From Candidatus Hydrogenedentota bacterium (GTDB taxonomy: Bacteria; Hydrogenedentota; Hydrogenedentia; Hydrogenedentales; SLHB01): DNA of 64,000 nt. The stretch covers positions 96,001 through 160,000 of the forward strand of contig CAVUWV010000027.1 of the NCBI GenBank assembly GCA_963745075.1, in the 5' to 3' direction. Each line of letters begins with the position of its first letter. Position 1 is the first letter of the stretch. The notes under the pieces were generated by a model that did not search any database, was not told where the DNA came from, and was given only the letters and a program-made list of their open reading frames with translations. This document shows, piece after piece, positions 1 through 12,400 of the stretch. The translations under genes were made by a program, and so were the position numbers.

Positions 1-41
1 AGTTCGTTCACGTAATCATGGTCGAGTGCGCGCATACGTCG

Positions 42-1253
42 CTACTCGTATCGCAGCGCTTCAACCGGATCGACGCTGGCTGCCTTGACCGCGGGATACG
101 CGCCGAAAAACACCCCCACGGTCGCGCTGAACCCGAACGCCACCAGGATCGACCACATCGATGCGTGCACCGGGAACTGGGGATAGAAGAACCGCATCGC
201 ATACGTGCCGCCATACGCCAGGATAATTCCCGCGATGCCACCGATACAACTCAACGTGATCGACTCGATGACGAACTGGAGGCCGATGTCGCGCCGGGTC
301 GCGCCCACCGCCTTGCGAATGCCCACTTCCCGCGTTCGCTCCCGAACGGATACCAGCATGATGTTCATAATCCCGATACCGCCCACCAACAGCGAGATGG
401 ACGCGATGCCGGAAAGCATCACCTTGAGCGCGACGAAGATCTTGTCCAGCGTTTGCAGCATCGTCGTCTGATCGATGATGGTGAAATCCTCCGTGTAATC
501 GTGGGCCGCCGTCAAAATGCTCCGAACCGAATCGGTGGCAGCGGCGATTTCGTCAGGGCTGCTGGCCTGGACGACAATCTGGTACAACTCGTCCTCTCCG
601 CCGTAGAACATTTGCTGCGCGCTCAGCAAGGGGACCACGGCGATATCGTCGATGTTTATGCCCAGCGTCACACCCTTGGGCTCGAGAGTCCCGACCACCA
701 GGTGTTTGCTGCGGTTGATGGAAACCTTCTGATACATGGCGTTGCTGTTGCCAAACAGCTCGTCTTTCAGTTTGGCGCCCAGCAGGCAGACCTTCATGTT
801 GCGGTCCAGATCGGTCTCATTGATAAACCGGCCCCGGTTGACGTGAATGTCCCGGATGCGTTCGATAGCGGGGGAAACCCCAAATATCATGCAATTGCGC
901 TCGCGGTCGCCGTATCGCACCGCGCCCGCCCCAACCACCTCGGGCGATACGTCCTTGATGCCGACGCCACGGCGCTCGATTTCCTTGGCATTTTCGTAAG
1001 TAAGTTTGCGAAAACTGCCCGCCACGATGGGCATCATCCCGGATGTTTCCTGTTTGCCTGGCGTGATGATCAAGAGATTCGTGCCCAAGTCGGCGAATTC
1101 CTTGGACACGTAAGCCTGCGCCCCCTCGCCCAACGCGACCAGCAGCACGACTGCAAGCACGCCAATCGTGACGCCGACCATCGTGAGAAAAGCACGGACC
1201 CGGTTTTGCACGATCGACTCTACGGCAACGCCAAAATACTCAACCCAACTCAT
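42..1253 (-). CDS. MacB/FtsX-family ABC transporter permease
   Basis: MacB-type motifs RAFLTMVGVTIGV, GGIGIMNIMLVSVRERTREVGIRKAVGA and C-terminal DPVEALRYE; ATG at 1253 follows an AAGGAG RBS. Confidence 0.9.
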   Translation of the reverse strand: MSWVEYFGVAVESIVQNRVRAFLTMVGVTIGVLAVVLLVALGEGAQAYVSKEFADLGTNLLIITPGKQETSGMMPIVAGSFRKLTYENAKEIERRGVGIKDVSPEVVGAGAVRYGDRERNCMIFGVSPAIERIRDIHVNRGRFINETDLDRNMKVCLLGAKLKDELFGNSNAMYQKVSINRSKHLVVGTLEPKGVTLGINIDDIAVVPLLSAQQMFYGGEDELYQIVVQASSPDEIAAATDSVRSILTAAHDYTEDFTIIDQTTMLQTLDKIFVALKVMLSGIASISLLVGGIGIMNIMLVSVRERTREVGIRKAVGATRRDIGLQFVIESITLSCIGGIAGIILAYGGTYAMRFFYPQFPVHASMWSILVAFGFSATVGVFFGAYPAVKAASVDPVEALRYE

Positions 1254-1462
1254 GGGGTCTCCTTGTTGCGTCTGACGGCTGGGACGCTTGAACTCCGCAG
1301 CCCCGCACACACCTGCCGATGATAGCATACCGCAAAGGGTCGCCGGTACGGTGGTCTTGATCGAAGAGCCGCTGCCCTTTACGATAGACTTCTAACGGTT
1401 GCACGCGCGTGGGACCGTCATTCCGAACCCGAGGGGCGCCCTGTACAGATCGGGAGGTTGTC

Positions 1463-2125
1463 ATGTATTACATTATCGTCGGCGCCGGCCACGTCGGTTC
1501 CAATCTCGCGCAGATCGCGCTCGATGACGGCCACGAGATCGCCCTGATCGAGAACGATGCGGCCCGGGCGGCTGCGGCCAACGAACAGTTTGACGCCCTT
1601 GTGCTTCATGCCGATATCGCCCAAAGCGGAATTCTCACGGAAGCCGGCATCGGCCGCGCGGACGCACTGGTCGCGACCACGGGCGACGACTCCGCCAACC
1701 TGATGGCCATGTTTCTCGGGAACGAGCAAAACGTCAAAACGCTGATCAGTATCGTGAACGACCGCGGTCATACCTCGTTGTTCGAGCGCATCGGTGTGAA
1801 AGTCTTCTTCGATCCCGACTTGCTCGTCGCCCAGCAGTTGTACCGCATGGTCCGTACGCCCAGCGCGCACGAACTCGTGGCGCTCCCGGACGGCGGCGAA
1901 ATGTTCGATATCACCATCCCGGAGGGCGCGCCGCTGGCCGGCCTCACCCTCGCCGAGGCCGCGAAGAAGAAAATTGTTCCTCATGGCTTCGTTTTCGTTT
2001 CGCTTCGTCGTGGAAAAATCGTGCACGCCCCGAACGGCGGGAGCCGCATCGAGAGCGGCGATCATCTCACCATCTTCTCCGAAAACCCTGTCAACGAGAA
2101 CCATCTCAAAGCCTTGACCGGCTAA
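1463..2125 (+). CDS. trkA: TrkA/KtrA-family potassium uptake NAD-binding (RCK) subunit
   Basis: Rossmann motif IIVGAGHVG, ATTGDDSANL and C-terminal TrkA-C domain; GGAGG RBS before ATG 1463; adjacent to trkH. Confidence 0.88.
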   Translation: MYYIIVGAGHVGSNLAQIALDDGHEIALIENDAARAAAANEQFDALVLHADIAQSGILTEAGIGRADALVATTGDDSANLMAMFLGNEQNVKTLISIVNDRGHTSLFERIGVKVFFDPDLLVAQQLYRMVRTPSAHELVALPDGGEMFDITIPEGAPLAGLTLAEAAKKKIVPHGFVFVSLRRGKIVHAPNGGSRIESGDHLTIFSENPVNENHLKALTG

Positions 2126-2134
2126 TACCGCACC

Positions 2135-3646
2135 GTGGGAGCCTACACCAAAATCGTCTTTCGGAACCTCGGGCTGCTTTTGCACGTTCCGGGTATCATG
2201 GCACTCGCGGTGGTCCCGCTCTGTTTCTGGTGGGAGGAAGATTATGCGGTCTTCTATTTCGGGGTCACGGCACTGGTTTCTATCGTGGCCGGCCAACTCC
2301 TCTACCACCTGTTGCGCGATGCCGGCGAGACGCGCCTAAGCCACGGCATGACCACCGCGGCTCTCGGCTGGCTGATCATTCCGGTTCTCGGAGCGGTTCC
2401 CATTTGGGGCGCTGCCGAATCGCTGGCTTCCCTTCGTTTGACTCCTCAGTCCATTATCGAGTTTCGCGACCCGCTCAACGCCCTCTTCGAATCCTTCTCG
2501 GGCTTTACAGGCACAGGACTTACGATGGCGATCCAACCCAGCCGTTTACCCGCCTGCATTCAGTGGTGGCGCACCTTCACGGAATGGATCGGCGGGGTCG
2601 GCGTCATCGTATTGATGCTCACCATCGTGCGTCTGAATGCGGGCGCCTTCCGCCTGTATTATTCCGAGGGGCGCGAGGATAAAATCGCGCCCACCGTAAC
2701 CTCCACGGTCCGAACCATCTGGTGGATCTACCTGCTGCTGACGGCCCTCAGCATTGTCGTCCTCAAGCTGCTCGGGATGCAGTGGTGGCCCGCACTAAAC
2801 TACGGCATGACCGGTATCGCCACCGGCGGCTTCGGCGTCACGGACAACAGCTTCGGCGATTTCGGCCCCAACGTGAAAGTGGCCGGAATGGTCATCATGT
2901 TTGCCGGCGCCGTGAGCTTCGCGGTCTATTACCAGGTTATCCGCAAAGGGAATTTTGCCGCGTTCTACAACGACACCCAGCACCGGTTGCTGACCCTCTT
3001 CGCCGTTGTTGGGATGGCGCTCGCCGTACTCGAGTTGCGTTGGTACCGGGGCGCCTGGGCTTTTGTGGATCCCGCGTTTCAATGGATTTCCGCCCTCTCT
3101 ACAGCCGGGCTCCAGAGTGTGGACCTGAACCAGTGGAGCCCGAGCGGCCAATTGCTCCTTACCCTCGGGATGCTTATCGGCGGCGCTGCGGGTTCCACCG
3201 TCGGCGGTCTCAAGATTGTGCGCGTGGCATTGTTGGAACGAGGTATCGCGTGGCGATTTCAACGAATTCGAAAGAAACCCCACCAACTCCAACGTTATGA
3301 GTTCAACGGCGAAGTTTGGTCGGAGGAAGAAGCACAGGACCGCATCGAAAGCGCGGCCATCCTAACGATTCTCTGGGTAGTCGTTCTCTGGACGGCGATT
3401 GTAATTCTCGTCCACTTCGTGCCGGAGAAATACACCCTCGCGGAAGTGATCTTGGAAGTGGCATCAGCCCAGGGGAATGTCGGCCTGTCCACCGGCATCA
3501 CCAATCCCGGCCTGCATGGACTCGGGAAAATCACGCTGATCCTGGTCATGTGGATGGGCCGCCTCGAAATCGCCCCGGCCCTCGTGCTCATCTTGGCCCC
3601 GGTCGATACGATCCGCCGATGGATCGAGCAGCGTTGGTCGCGTTGA
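2135..3646 (+). CDS. trkH: TrkH-family potassium uptake membrane protein
   Basis: Pore-loop motifs FESFSGFTGTG, EWIGGVG, IATGGFG, GGAAGSTVGGLK, SAQGNVGLS and MWMGRLEI. Confidence 0.93.
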   Translation: MGAYTKIVFRNLGLLLHVPGIMALAVVPLCFWWEEDYAVFYFGVTALVSIVAGQLLYHLLRDAGETRLSHGMTTAALGWLIIPVLGAVPIWGAAESLASLRLTPQSIIEFRDPLNALFESFSGFTGTGLTMAIQPSRLPACIQWWRTFTEWIGGVGVIVLMLTIVRLNAGAFRLYYSEGREDKIAPTVTSTVRTIWWIYLLLTALSIVVLKLLGMQWWPALNYGMTGIATGGFGVTDNSFGDFGPNVKVAGMVIMFAGAVSFAVYYQVIRKGNFAAFYNDTQHRLLTLFAVVGMALAVLELRWYRGAWAFVDPAFQWISALSTAGLQSVDLNQWSPSGQLLLTLGMLIGGAAGSTVGGLKIVRVALLERGIAWRFQRIRKKPHQLQRYEFNGEVWSEEEAQDRIESAAILTILWVVVLWTAIVILVHFVPEKYTLAEVILEVASAQGNVGLSTGITNPGLHGLGKITLILVMWMGRLEIAPALVLILAPVDTIRRWIEQRWSR

Positions 3647-3664
3647 CCGCGCGCCGGTCAACGC
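3640..3664. terminator. Hairpin between convergent trkH and glmM, possibly a bidirectional terminator
   Basis: Perfect 10-bp stem GCGTTGACCG/CGGTCAACGC with a 5-nt loop; no U-tract. Confidence 0.45.
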
Positions 3665-3667
3665 AAT

Positions 3668-5014
3668 CTACTCGATTGCACCCACCTTCTTCGCCAACTG
3701 CTTGGCCAGAGTTTCTGCCGTCTTTAACCGGTCGTGCTGCACCATGACCCGCACGATGGGCTCCGTACCCGACGGCCGAATCACCACCCGGCCGCTACCC
3801 TGGAGTTCCTGTTCCGCAGCCAGTCGCACCGCCTCCAATGCGTCATCCGTGGGGACCGGTTTGCCGTTCAGCGGCACGGACACGTGCGACTCCGGCAAGG
3901 GTTGGTACGCCCTGGCCAATGCGGAAAGCGGCTGCTCCCGGCGAATCATTGTCGCCAACACCTGCAACGCGGCGATGAGCGCGTCCCCGGTCACGTTGTG
4001 CTCCAGCATCACCAGGTGCCCGGACGATTCGCCTCCAACGATAAGACCGTGCTCGCGCATTGCTTCCACAACGTAGCGGTCGCCCACCTTCGTCCAAATG
4101 ACCTTGCCGCCCAACGGTTCCAGGGCCCGTTGAAGCCCGCCGTTCGCCATGATTGTGGTCGCGATGGTCTTCTGCGGCAACAGATTCCGTTCGAGCAGGT
4201 CCACCCCGAGGATCGTGAGCAGCGCATTGCCGTCCAGTAATCGGCCTTCCTCGTCCGCCATCACGATCCGGTCGCCGTCGCCGTCGAAGGCCACGCCGAC
4301 GTCCGCGCGTTCGCGGATGACCGTCGCGCGCATATCCTCCGGATGGACTGACCCGCAACCCTCGTTGATATTGCGACCATTTGGCAGACTGTGAATCGGG
4401 ATGACCTCGGCCCCGAGTTCGCGCAGGCTGTTCGGCGCCACTTTGTACGCGGCCCCGTTCGCGCAGTCGCAGACAATCCGCAGCCCGTCCAGTCGCATCC
4501 CCTTTGGGAACGTCGCTTTGGCGAACTCGATGTACCGGCCGACCGCGTCGTCAATGCGCCGCGCCGTGCCGATTTCTTCCGCCGTGGGGCGCATCCCGTC
4601 AATCTCACCGTTTACCACGAGCCGGGAGATCTCGTCTTCCATATCGTCGACGAGTTTGAATCCATCGCGCCCGAAAAACTTGATGCCATTGTATTGAAAT
4701 TCGTTGTGGGAGGCCGAAATCATGATGGCCGCGTCACACCGCAGGCTCCGCATGATATACGAAACACCTGGCGTCGGGAGCGGACCCACCAGCAAGACAT
4801 TGACGCCCATCGAGCAGAGCCCCGCCGTCAATGCGTTCTCGATCATATAACCAGAAATGCGCGTGTCTTTGCCGATGAGAATGGTGTGGCGGCGCGCCTC
4901 CTGCTGAAAGATATATCCCGCGGCGCGGCCGACTTTCAGGGCCGTCTCCGCCGTCATGGGATGAACGTTGGCGATCCCCCGAATACCATCCGTTCCAAAC
5001 ATACGATCACTCAT
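3668..5014 (-). CDS. glmM: Phosphoglucosamine mutase
   Basis: FGTDGIRG, active-site ISASHN, metal loop FDGDGDR, GGESSGH and RPSGTEP; conserved ftsH-folP-glmM order. Confidence 0.96.
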   Translation of the reverse strand: MSDRMFGTDGIRGIANVHPMTAETALKVGRAAGYIFQQEARRHTILIGKDTRISGYMIENALTAGLCSMGVNVLLVGPLPTPGVSYIMRSLRCDAAIMISASHNEFQYNGIKFFGRDGFKLVDDMEDEISRLVVNGEIDGMRPTAEEIGTARRIDDAVGRYIEFAKATFPKGMRLDGLRIVCDCANGAAYKVAPNSLRELGAEVIPIHSLPNGRNINEGCGSVHPEDMRATVIRERADVGVAFDGDGDRIVMADEEGRLLDGNALLTILGVDLLERNLLPQKTIATTIMANGGLQRALEPLGGKVIWTKVGDRYVVEAMREHGLIVGGESSGHLVMLEHNVTGDALIAALQVLATMIRREQPLSALARAYQPLPESHVSVPLNGKPVPTDDALEAVRLAAEQELQGSGRVVIRPSGTEPIVRVMVQHDRLKTAETLAKQLAKKVGAIE

Positions 5015-5843
5015 GATTTCCCCGTCCAATAACGGCGTCACTCATTCGAGCCACGCGCGCCATTCGTTTGACATCGTGTACCCGCACCGCGTCGGCGCCG
5101 TTCGCGATAGCGATCGCCACCGTCGCTGCGGTTCCCTCCATTCGTTCATGCAACGGCGCGTCCAGGACGGCGCCGATTGTCGACTTGTTCGACGTGCCGA
5201 TCAGCACCGGGCGTCCAAATCGCTTGAACTCCTGCAACCGCCGCAATACGATCAGATTATGCTCCCCCGTCTTTCCGAATCCAAAGCCGGGGTCCAACCA
5301 GATCGATTGCTCCGCGACCCCCCGGTGTACGGCAAACGACATCCGCTCTTCGAAGAACGCGCAAATATCGTCCACCACGTCATCGTAATGCGGACTCTGC
5401 TGCATGGTCCGGGGCGTGCCCAGCATGTGCATCAGGACCACGTCGCACCCCGCTTCCGCGACCGCCTCCGCCATCGCCGGATCGCCGCGCAATGCCGTGA
5501 TATCGTTCACCATCGCCACGCCCTCGGCCAACGCCGCGCGGGCCGTATCGGCGTGGTAAGTATCGATGGAAATTGGCGCGCCCAGCGGAGCCAGCCGTGC
5601 GATGACGGGCAGCACACGCGCCTGTTCCTCATCCGGCGTCAGCGGCGCCGCCCCCGGGCGCGTCGACTCGCCACCGACGTCCAATAGATCCGCGCCATCG
5701 CGGACAAAGTTCCGCGCGTGCACCTCGGCCTGTGCGGGATTGGTAAGAATTCCCCCATCAAAAAAAGAATCGGGCGTGACATTCACCACGCCCATAACAA
5801 GCGTCTTTTGACCGACTTGCGCCTGAATGGCTGCCGTTGTCAT
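5007..5843 (-). CDS. folP: Dihydropteroate synthase
   Basis: MGVVNVTPDSFFDGG, DVGGESTRPG, SIDTY, LDPGFGFGK and VRVHDV. Confidence 0.96.
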   Translation of the reverse strand: MTTAAIQAQVGQKTLVMGVVNVTPDSFFDGGILTNPAQAEVHARNFVRDGADLLDVGGESTRPGAAPLTPDEEQARVLPVIARLAPLGAPISIDTYHADTARAALAEGVAMVNDITALRGDPAMAEAVAEAGCDVVLMHMLGTPRTMQQSPHYDDVVDDICAFFEERMSFAVHRGVAEQSIWLDPGFGFGKTGEHNLIVLRRLQEFKRFGRPVLIGTSNKSTIGAVLDAPLHERMEGTAATVAIAIANGADAVRVHDVKRMARVARMSDAVIGRGNHE

Positions 5844-5921
5844 TATCTCGAACCCGCATTCCTCACCGTCCGCGCTCCAACCGGCTGCGCGAACAGACAT
5901 CGGGACAGTGAGCAATCCGGA

Positions 5922-7904
5922 CTACGCTGTACCGGGAACGATCTCGCCGGGCCCCACGTCTCCCACGTCGTTTTCATCTTCCGCACTCGTCACCGGCGGA
6001 ATACCCGCGTCCAACGGACCCTTCGGCGGCGGGGGAGTGACCTCCTTTTTTGGAGGAAGCAAATGCGCCTTGCCGTTCTTGCGGATAATCTCGTCGATCT
6101 CTTCCGCGTCCAACGTCTCCCGCTCGAACAATTCCTCCGCGATCGCGACTAAAATGTCGTTGTGTTCGATCATCATGTTCTTGGCGTCGGCATAAGCATT
6201 TTCTAAGATCTTGTGGATTGCCTTGTCCACGGCTGAAGCCGTTTCCTCACTGAAATCGCGTTCCTTGACGAAATCGCGCCCCAGGAAAACCTCCGTGTTG
6301 GAGCCGAAACTGATGGGTCCCAGTTCACTCATGCCCCACTGGCACACCATCGCGTGGGCCAGTTCGGTCGCCCGCTTGAGATCGTTCGACGCGCCGCTGC
6401 TGAACTCATTGAAAACGCACTCTTCCGCGGCACGTCCGCCCATCGCCACACGAACCGCCGCGAGACAGTATTGCTTGGAGATGGAATGACGATCCTCAAG
6501 CGGAATCATGCTGGTCAACCCCAGCGACGGACCGCGCGGAATGATCGTCACCTTGTGGACCGGGTCCGCGGCAGGCAGTAACCGTCCCATGATCACGTGG
6601 CCCGCTTCATGGTACGCCGTATTCCGCTTTTCCGCCGCGCTCAGCACCAGACTGCGGCGTTCCGGACCCATAAGCACGCGATCCTTCGCGTCCTCGAAGT
6701 CCTGCATGTCCACCTTGTCCTCATCGCGCCGCGCCGCGAGAAGCGCCGCCTCGTTGACCATGTTCGCCAAGTCCGCGCCGCTGAAACCGGAGGTGCCCCG
6801 GGCCAGCGTATTGACCAGGACCGTGTCGTCTATTGGTACACCGTTGTTCCGGATATGAATGTTGAGAATGGCCTCGCGGCCCTTGATGTCCGGGTTCGCC
6901 ACCACGACTTGACGGTCAAAACGTCCCGGTCGCAACAGCGCGCGATCCAATACGTCCGGACGGTTCGTCGCGGCCATAAGAATCACGCCTTCGCTCGTGT
7001 TGAACCCGTCCATCTCGACGAGCAACTGGTTCAGCGTCTGTTCCCGCTCATCGTGACCCCCGCCCAATCCGGCGCCGCGCTGCCGGCCGACCGCGTCGAT
7101 TTCGTCGATGAAAATAATGCAGGGCGCGTGTTTCTGCCCCTGCTGGAACAGGTCGCGCACGCGGCTTGCGCCCACGCCCACAAACATCTCCACAAAATCG
7201 GAGCCGCTGATGCTGAAGAACGGCACATGCGCCTCACCCGCAACCGCTCGGGCCAACAGGGTCTTACCGGATCCCGGGGGGCCCACCAGCAAAACGCCCT
7301 TGGGAATCTTGCCGCCGAGGCGCGAGAACTTCTTCGGCTCCTTGAGGAAATCGATGATCTCCTTCAGTTCCTCCTTCGCTTCGTCCACGCCCGCGACATC
7401 ATCAAACGTGACCACCTTGTCGCTGTGGTTCACGAGCCGCGCCCGGCTCTTGCCGAACGACAGGGCCTTGTTGCTCCCACCCTGAACCTGACGAAACATG
7501 AAAAACCAGAAAACCCCGATAATAAGAATCAGCGGGACCACGTTGACCAGAACGCTGACCAACAGGGTGCTTTCCGGCGCCATCTCCCACTCGATCGGAT
7601 TCTTTCCATCGTGCGCGTCATCGCGCATCAAAGCTTTCCACTTCTCAGGGAAATCATCGGTCTTGAACTCGATGGAACTCTGGCCTTTGTAAGGCTTCTT
7701 GAATTTTGCGCTGAACGTAAAGAGGTCCTCGCCTTTGGTTACCTTGACCGGGCTATCGATATTGCCCGCCTCCAACTGCGAAACGAAATCGCCTTCCCAC
7801 AGCTTTTCCTTGGAACTCTGGCCGTTGTTCAGCGTCGTCAACAGCAGCACCAGGATGATGAGAAGGACTACCCACAGGGAAACCTGTTTGAGAAATCCAT
7901 TCAT
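5922..7904 (-). CDS. ftsH: ATP-dependent zinc metalloprotease FtsH
   Basis: Two TM helices, Walker [21 protein letters not shown] motif LLRPGRFDR and HEAGH zinc motif. Confidence 0.97.
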   Translation of the reverse strand: MNGFLKQVSLWVVLLIILVLLLTTLNNGQSSKEKLWEGDFVSQLEAGNIDSPVKVTKGEDLFTFSAKFKKPYKGQSSIEFKTDDFPEKWKALMRDDAHDGKNPIEWEMAPESTLLVSVLVNVVPLILIIGVFWFFMFRQVQGGSNKALSFGKSRARLVNHSDKVVTFDDVAGVDEAKEELKEIIDFLKEPKKFSRLGGKIPKGVLLVGPPGSGKTLLARAVAGEAHVPFFSISGSDFVEMFVGVGASRVRDLFQQGQKHAPCIIFIDEIDAVGRQRGAGLGGGHDEREQTLNQLLVEMDGFNTSEGVILMAATNRPDVLDRALLRPGRFDRQVVVANPDIKGREAILNIHIRNNGVPIDDTVLVNTLARGTSGFSGADLANMVNEAALLAARRDEDKVDMQDFEDAKDRVLMGPERRSLVLSAAEKRNTAYHEAGHVIMGRLLPAADPVHKVTIIPRGPSLGLTSMIPLEDRHSISKQYCLAAVRVAMGGRAAEECVFNEFSSGASNDLKRATELAHAMVCQWGMSELGPISFGSNTEVFLGRDFVKERDFSEETASAVDKAIHKILENAYADAKNMMIEHNDILVAIAEELFERETLDAEEIDEIIRKNGKAHLLPPKKEVTPPPPKGPLDAGIPPVTSAEDENDVGDVGPGEIVPGTA

Positions 7905-8143
7905 AAAAGATACATGTTCCTTATCTTACGGCAGGTGAGGGCACACGGACTGCCCACGGTAGCTTGTATCATAACACATGCACAGGGGGTGAACAATCCC
8001 GGAAAGCCGTGAATCGACACGGCGTTGCAGGCCAACCGCGCATTCGGTACCATACCGGCCCGGCTATCTCTTGACAAAGGTGACGGATTCACCCGTTTTT
8101 CTGATGCTGGCCGGGTATTCAGGGCGAGTCCAAGGAGTTGACC

Positions 8144-9265
8144 ATGGATCACAGGGAAGGGATTCAACGCGTCGGTGTCGTCTTGGCAGGCGGGTCCGGC
8201 GAGCGTTTCTGGCCGCTCTCGCGCAAGCATCGGCCCAAGCAGTTGCTGCGTCTCACCAGCGCCCATGAGACCATGCTGGGCGAGGCCGTCTCCCGGGTGG
8301 CGCCGCTGATTCCCCCCGAACACGTCTACATCGTGACCGGCGCGCACCTTGTCCAGCCCATCCGCGAGGCCGGTATCGGCGTCCCGCCGGAGAATGTGAT
8401 CGCCGAACCCAGTAAGCGCAATACCGCGGGCGCGCTGGCTTATGCCACGGCCGTCCTGCTGGCAAACTACGGCGGAGACGGGTCGAATCTCAGCATGGCC
8501 GTCACCACCGCCGACCACGAGATCGGCGAGCCGGAACGATTCCGCGCTACGATCAACACCGCACTGACCGCCGCTGAACAGGATGATGTCCTCGCCATCA
8601 TGGGGATGGCCCCGACCCGGCCCGAGACCGGCTACGGCTACATCCAGGTGGCCGACGGCGACCCCACGGTCTCCGGAGACGGCGTCGCCGTTTACCCGGT
8701 CAAGGCCTTCCACGAGAAGCCGAACCGGGATCAGGCCCACGATTTCATCGCCACGGGCCGCTACTTTTGGAACGGCGGCATGTTCTTCTGGCGGGTTTCG
8801 GTCTTTCTCGACGAACTGCGCCAGGCCAGCCCCGCCCACGCCGCCGCCATCGCCGATATGACCGAAGCCCAGCGCCTTGGCGACGCCGAGGCCGTCCGCA
8901 CCCATTTCGAGCGATTGGACGACATCTCCATCGACTACGCCCTCATGGAACACGCCCGCCACGTTCATATGGCCCGCGCCGATTTCCCCTGGGACGACGT
9001 CGGCGCCTGGACCGCCCTCGACCGCACCTACCCCAAAGACGGCCAAGGCAACGTCGCGGTCGGCGATCCCGTCCTCGTCGACACCAAAGACTGCATCGTC
9101 TATAACGACCTCGGCGCCACGGATATGGCCGTCAGTGTCGTCGGCGCCGAAGACCTCGTGGTCGTCGTCACCAAAGACGCCGTCCTCGTCATCCCCAAAG
9201 ACCGCGCCCAAGACGTCCGCCGCGCCGTCCAGGAATTGAAGGAGAGAGACGCGGGGCAGTTGTAA
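8144..9265 (+). CDS. manC: Mannose-1-phosphate guanylyltransferase
   Basis: VLAGGSGERFWPLSR..PKQ, EP..RNTA, ETGYGYI, FHEKP, WNGGMF, SIDYALME and WDDVGAW; AAGGAG RBS. Confidence 0.92.
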   Translation: MDHREGIQRVGVVLAGGSGERFWPLSRKHRPKQLLRLTSAHETMLGEAVSRVAPLIPPEHVYIVTGAHLVQPIREAGIGVPPENVIAEPSKRNTAGALAYATAVLLANYGGDGSNLSMAVTTADHEIGEPERFRATINTALTAAEQDDVLAIMGMAPTRPETGYGYIQVADGDPTVSGDGVAVYPVKAFHEKPNRDQAHDFIATGRYFWNGGMFFWRVSVFLDELRQASPAHAAAIADMTEAQRLGDAEAVRTHFERLDDISIDYALMEHARHVHMARADFPWDDVGAWTALDRTYPKDGQGNVAVGDPVLVDTKDCIVYNDLGATDMAVSVVGAEDLVVVVTKDAVLVIPKDRAQDVRRAVQELKERDAGQL

Positions 9266-9491
9266 GAAAGTTGCCAACATTGATAGACTCGTTGCCGTCT
9301 GTTACAAGAAAGCTATTACATGCAGTCATTGCACCTGCATGTCAGGGGGTCAAGCAACCGCAAAACTTTATTTGTGTCCAAACAGGACTCCCCCGCCTTA
9401 TAGGAGATTCCGTCGAGCGGCATCGCCTTATCGAGCGTAGTGCTTTCACGTTTCACTCTTTGGCATCCGGGTAGAAGACAGGGGGCATGTC

Positions 9492-12400
9492 ATGTGGCGA
9501 TTAAGGTGCGGAGCGGTATCCTCTCTTTTTGCCGTTGTTTGCGTCTCAAGCAGCGCATTGGATCTTACCACGAACGGCGCGTCTTCCTACGTAATCCTGG
9601 GAGATGGATCCGACCCCGCCGTTCAGGATTTGCAGCATTACATCGAAGTTATGTCCGGTGCCAGCTTGTCGATCCTGCCACTTGCAACAGACCCCATCCC
9701 CGGTCAAGCCATTGTCGTTGGTGACCGTACCATTCCCGGCTACACGCCCCCCGCACTGGGGCCTCATGGGTTCCACCTGTTCGTGCTGGGAAACCAGATG
9801 ATCGTTCACGGCGGTTCGGTCGAGGGAACGCAGTTCGGTGTTTACGGATTGCTCGAAGATCATCTCGGTTGTCGATGGCTAACGCGGGATTTCGAGTCCA
9901 TTCCAAATGTGCCCACCATTCAGGTCTCGGATACGCTCAACGAGGTACAAGAGCCTTCGATACGGGATCGGTACCGGATTGGGCAGGGCAGTTACTCCTA
10001 CGCGGACGCTGACTGGCGGCGGCGCAACCGCGTGGGCGTGCTGATGAAGGGTCAGACCAACCACAACATGTACCAGTGGCTGCCTCCGAGCGTGTACTTC
10101 GATGCCCATCCCGATTGGTATCCCCTGAGCGCCGACGGGGGTACGGATCATAAATGACCCGAATCAGTGCATGACGTGGAGCAACGACGAAATGATCGCC
10201 GAACTGACGAGGTTGGTCAAGGAGCGCATGGCCGTCACGCCAGAGGACGAGTTAATCCCCATTTGCCAGGGCGACGGTTTCACCCCATCCTACGATCCCG
10301 GCGATCGTGCGCTTGTCGACCAGTACGGAAGCGAATCCGCCCCGCTCATTTATTGCCTGAACCGTGTCTTGCAGGAGACGAAGCTTGAGTACCCCAACCA
10401 TTGCATCGTGACGTTTTCATACCAAGGGACAAACGAGGCGCCAATCAACGATTCGACGGGTGAGAAGCTCATTCCCGACAGCAATCTCTACATTGAATAC
10501 GTACGCATGGGCGACGCCATGCACAATGTTACCAGCGGCATTTTCAATCCGACGTACCTGGTGCCTGAGTTCCTCGAATGGCGAAGCCTCACGCCGAACA
10601 TGCGAATCTACTCATGGTCCATCGGCTTCGCTTGCCACAGCTCACCGTTCCCGAACTACAAGGCGATGGCCGAAGATGTAAAGTGGTTCGCGCCCTATGT
10701 GACGGGTTTCGGCCATCAAGGCACCTATTACGAAGCCTCAGACTGGGGGGAGCTCAGAGACTGGACGACAGCCCACCTTCAGTGGAACGTCAATCTCGAC
10801 GTGGACGCGCTCGAACAGGAGTTTCTGGATCGCTTCTACGGAGCGGACGCGGCGGTTCCCCTTTGGAATTATCTCCAACGCGTGCAGCAGAACGCCGCCA
10901 ACAGTTCGAAGCGTTTTCAACGCGGTATGGGGCAGCGATCCGGCTTACGTGAAGCAGGAATTGTATCCACAGGCGGAAATCGACCAGGGTCTCATCGATT
11001 TCTCCAACGCGCTGACCGCCGCCGAAGCGTCCGGCGATAGCGACTTCGCCACGCACGTCAGGGAAACGCGCGCTTCGTCGTTCTTGTACCTCCTGTTCGT
11101 CGATCCCCAGGAACTTCAACTGGCCCAGTACCGGCGGGCAGGACTGGCTCGTCCCCAACGGGGATGCGACACTGGCGGAGTACATCACGGACCTCGATTA
11201 CATTTTGTCCCACAACCGGTTGCTTTACGAAATGACCAACCCATGGTATGGCCACCAGGAATTCCTGGCACGGGTCGGGGGGCCGGTTGACCCGGAAATT
11301 GAAAACAGCCGTCTCAAGCTGGGTTTCACCGCGAACCTTCGCGGCATTATGTCGTCATTGTACGACAAGGATTCGGGGCGCGAACTCGTCGCCCTCGGCC
11401 CGGCCGGTCAACCGAGTCTCGGCGGTGTCCGCGATTCAATCTACGGATGGATCTACTCGGACGATCTGGACGGCGTGAACGGGTGCACCTTCACGTCTAA
11501 CTACGCGAATGGTGTCCACACAGTCTACGGCGAAGGCCACGTGCTCACCTCCGGCTGGTACGACGCCTATATCCTGCAGCAACGACGAACCGTGGATTTG
11601 GTCGACGGTGAACGGGAATTCTCGGTCAAGACGTGGCTATACACCTTGCCCGAAACGCCTTGGTGGATACAGACCTACGGCGATTACGTAAACCTCACCG
11701 AACCGCACTACGAGGGCCGGCTGTTCGCCCGACTAAACGTATGGGCGCCCGGCGACCTGAAAGTCGTGTTTCTCGCACCCGGCCTGGCCCATGAACATCA
11801 ATTCGCATTGGGCAACGAGTTCAGCGCGCCGCTACCCCAGAACCGTCAGGAGGGTGAACTCGCCGCAGCCTACATTATGAACGGGACGACGGATCCCGCG
11901 ATCTGCCTGACGACTCCATGGGCGCAGTGGGACCATCTGTCCTTTGCTTTCGACCCCGGCGCACAGCAACTCTTGGTGGAAGGTATCGGGCCGAAGAAGG
12001 CGGCCATCGTGGATACCGACGTGCCGATGTCGGAATACAACCTGAAGGTGATGACCTACGATGAAGCGAATCGCGCCACGCCCGTGAGTGGACTTCACGC
12101 GACCGCCGGTGACGGCAGCGTCGTGCTTGCGTGGGACGCCAAGAATACCTCCGGGGTCACCGGCTACAACGTATACCAGTCCACGCAATTCGATGGACCC
12201 TACGCCAAACTGACGCCGACACCAGCGGTCGATACCACGTATAACGTCATCGGTCTGGTCAACGACCAGCGGTACTACTTCTACGTCACCGTCGTCTATT
12301 CCGGTGGGAAAGAGAGCCCTGCGTCACCCATCGTAAGTGGTGTGCCCAATTCGGGCGGATCGACCATATTCCTTGTTGCGAATAATGGTGCCGGCGACTT

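Noticed and set aside
18..1322. 434-aa plus-strand ORF
   Set aside because: Antisense shadow of the MacB-type permease; no motifs, typical of GC-rich codon bias
6597..8012. 471-aa plus-strand ORF
   Set aside because: Shadow of ftsH
7901..9280. 459-aa minus-strand ORF abutting ftsH
   Set aside because: Antisense to the well-supported manC; no recognisable domain
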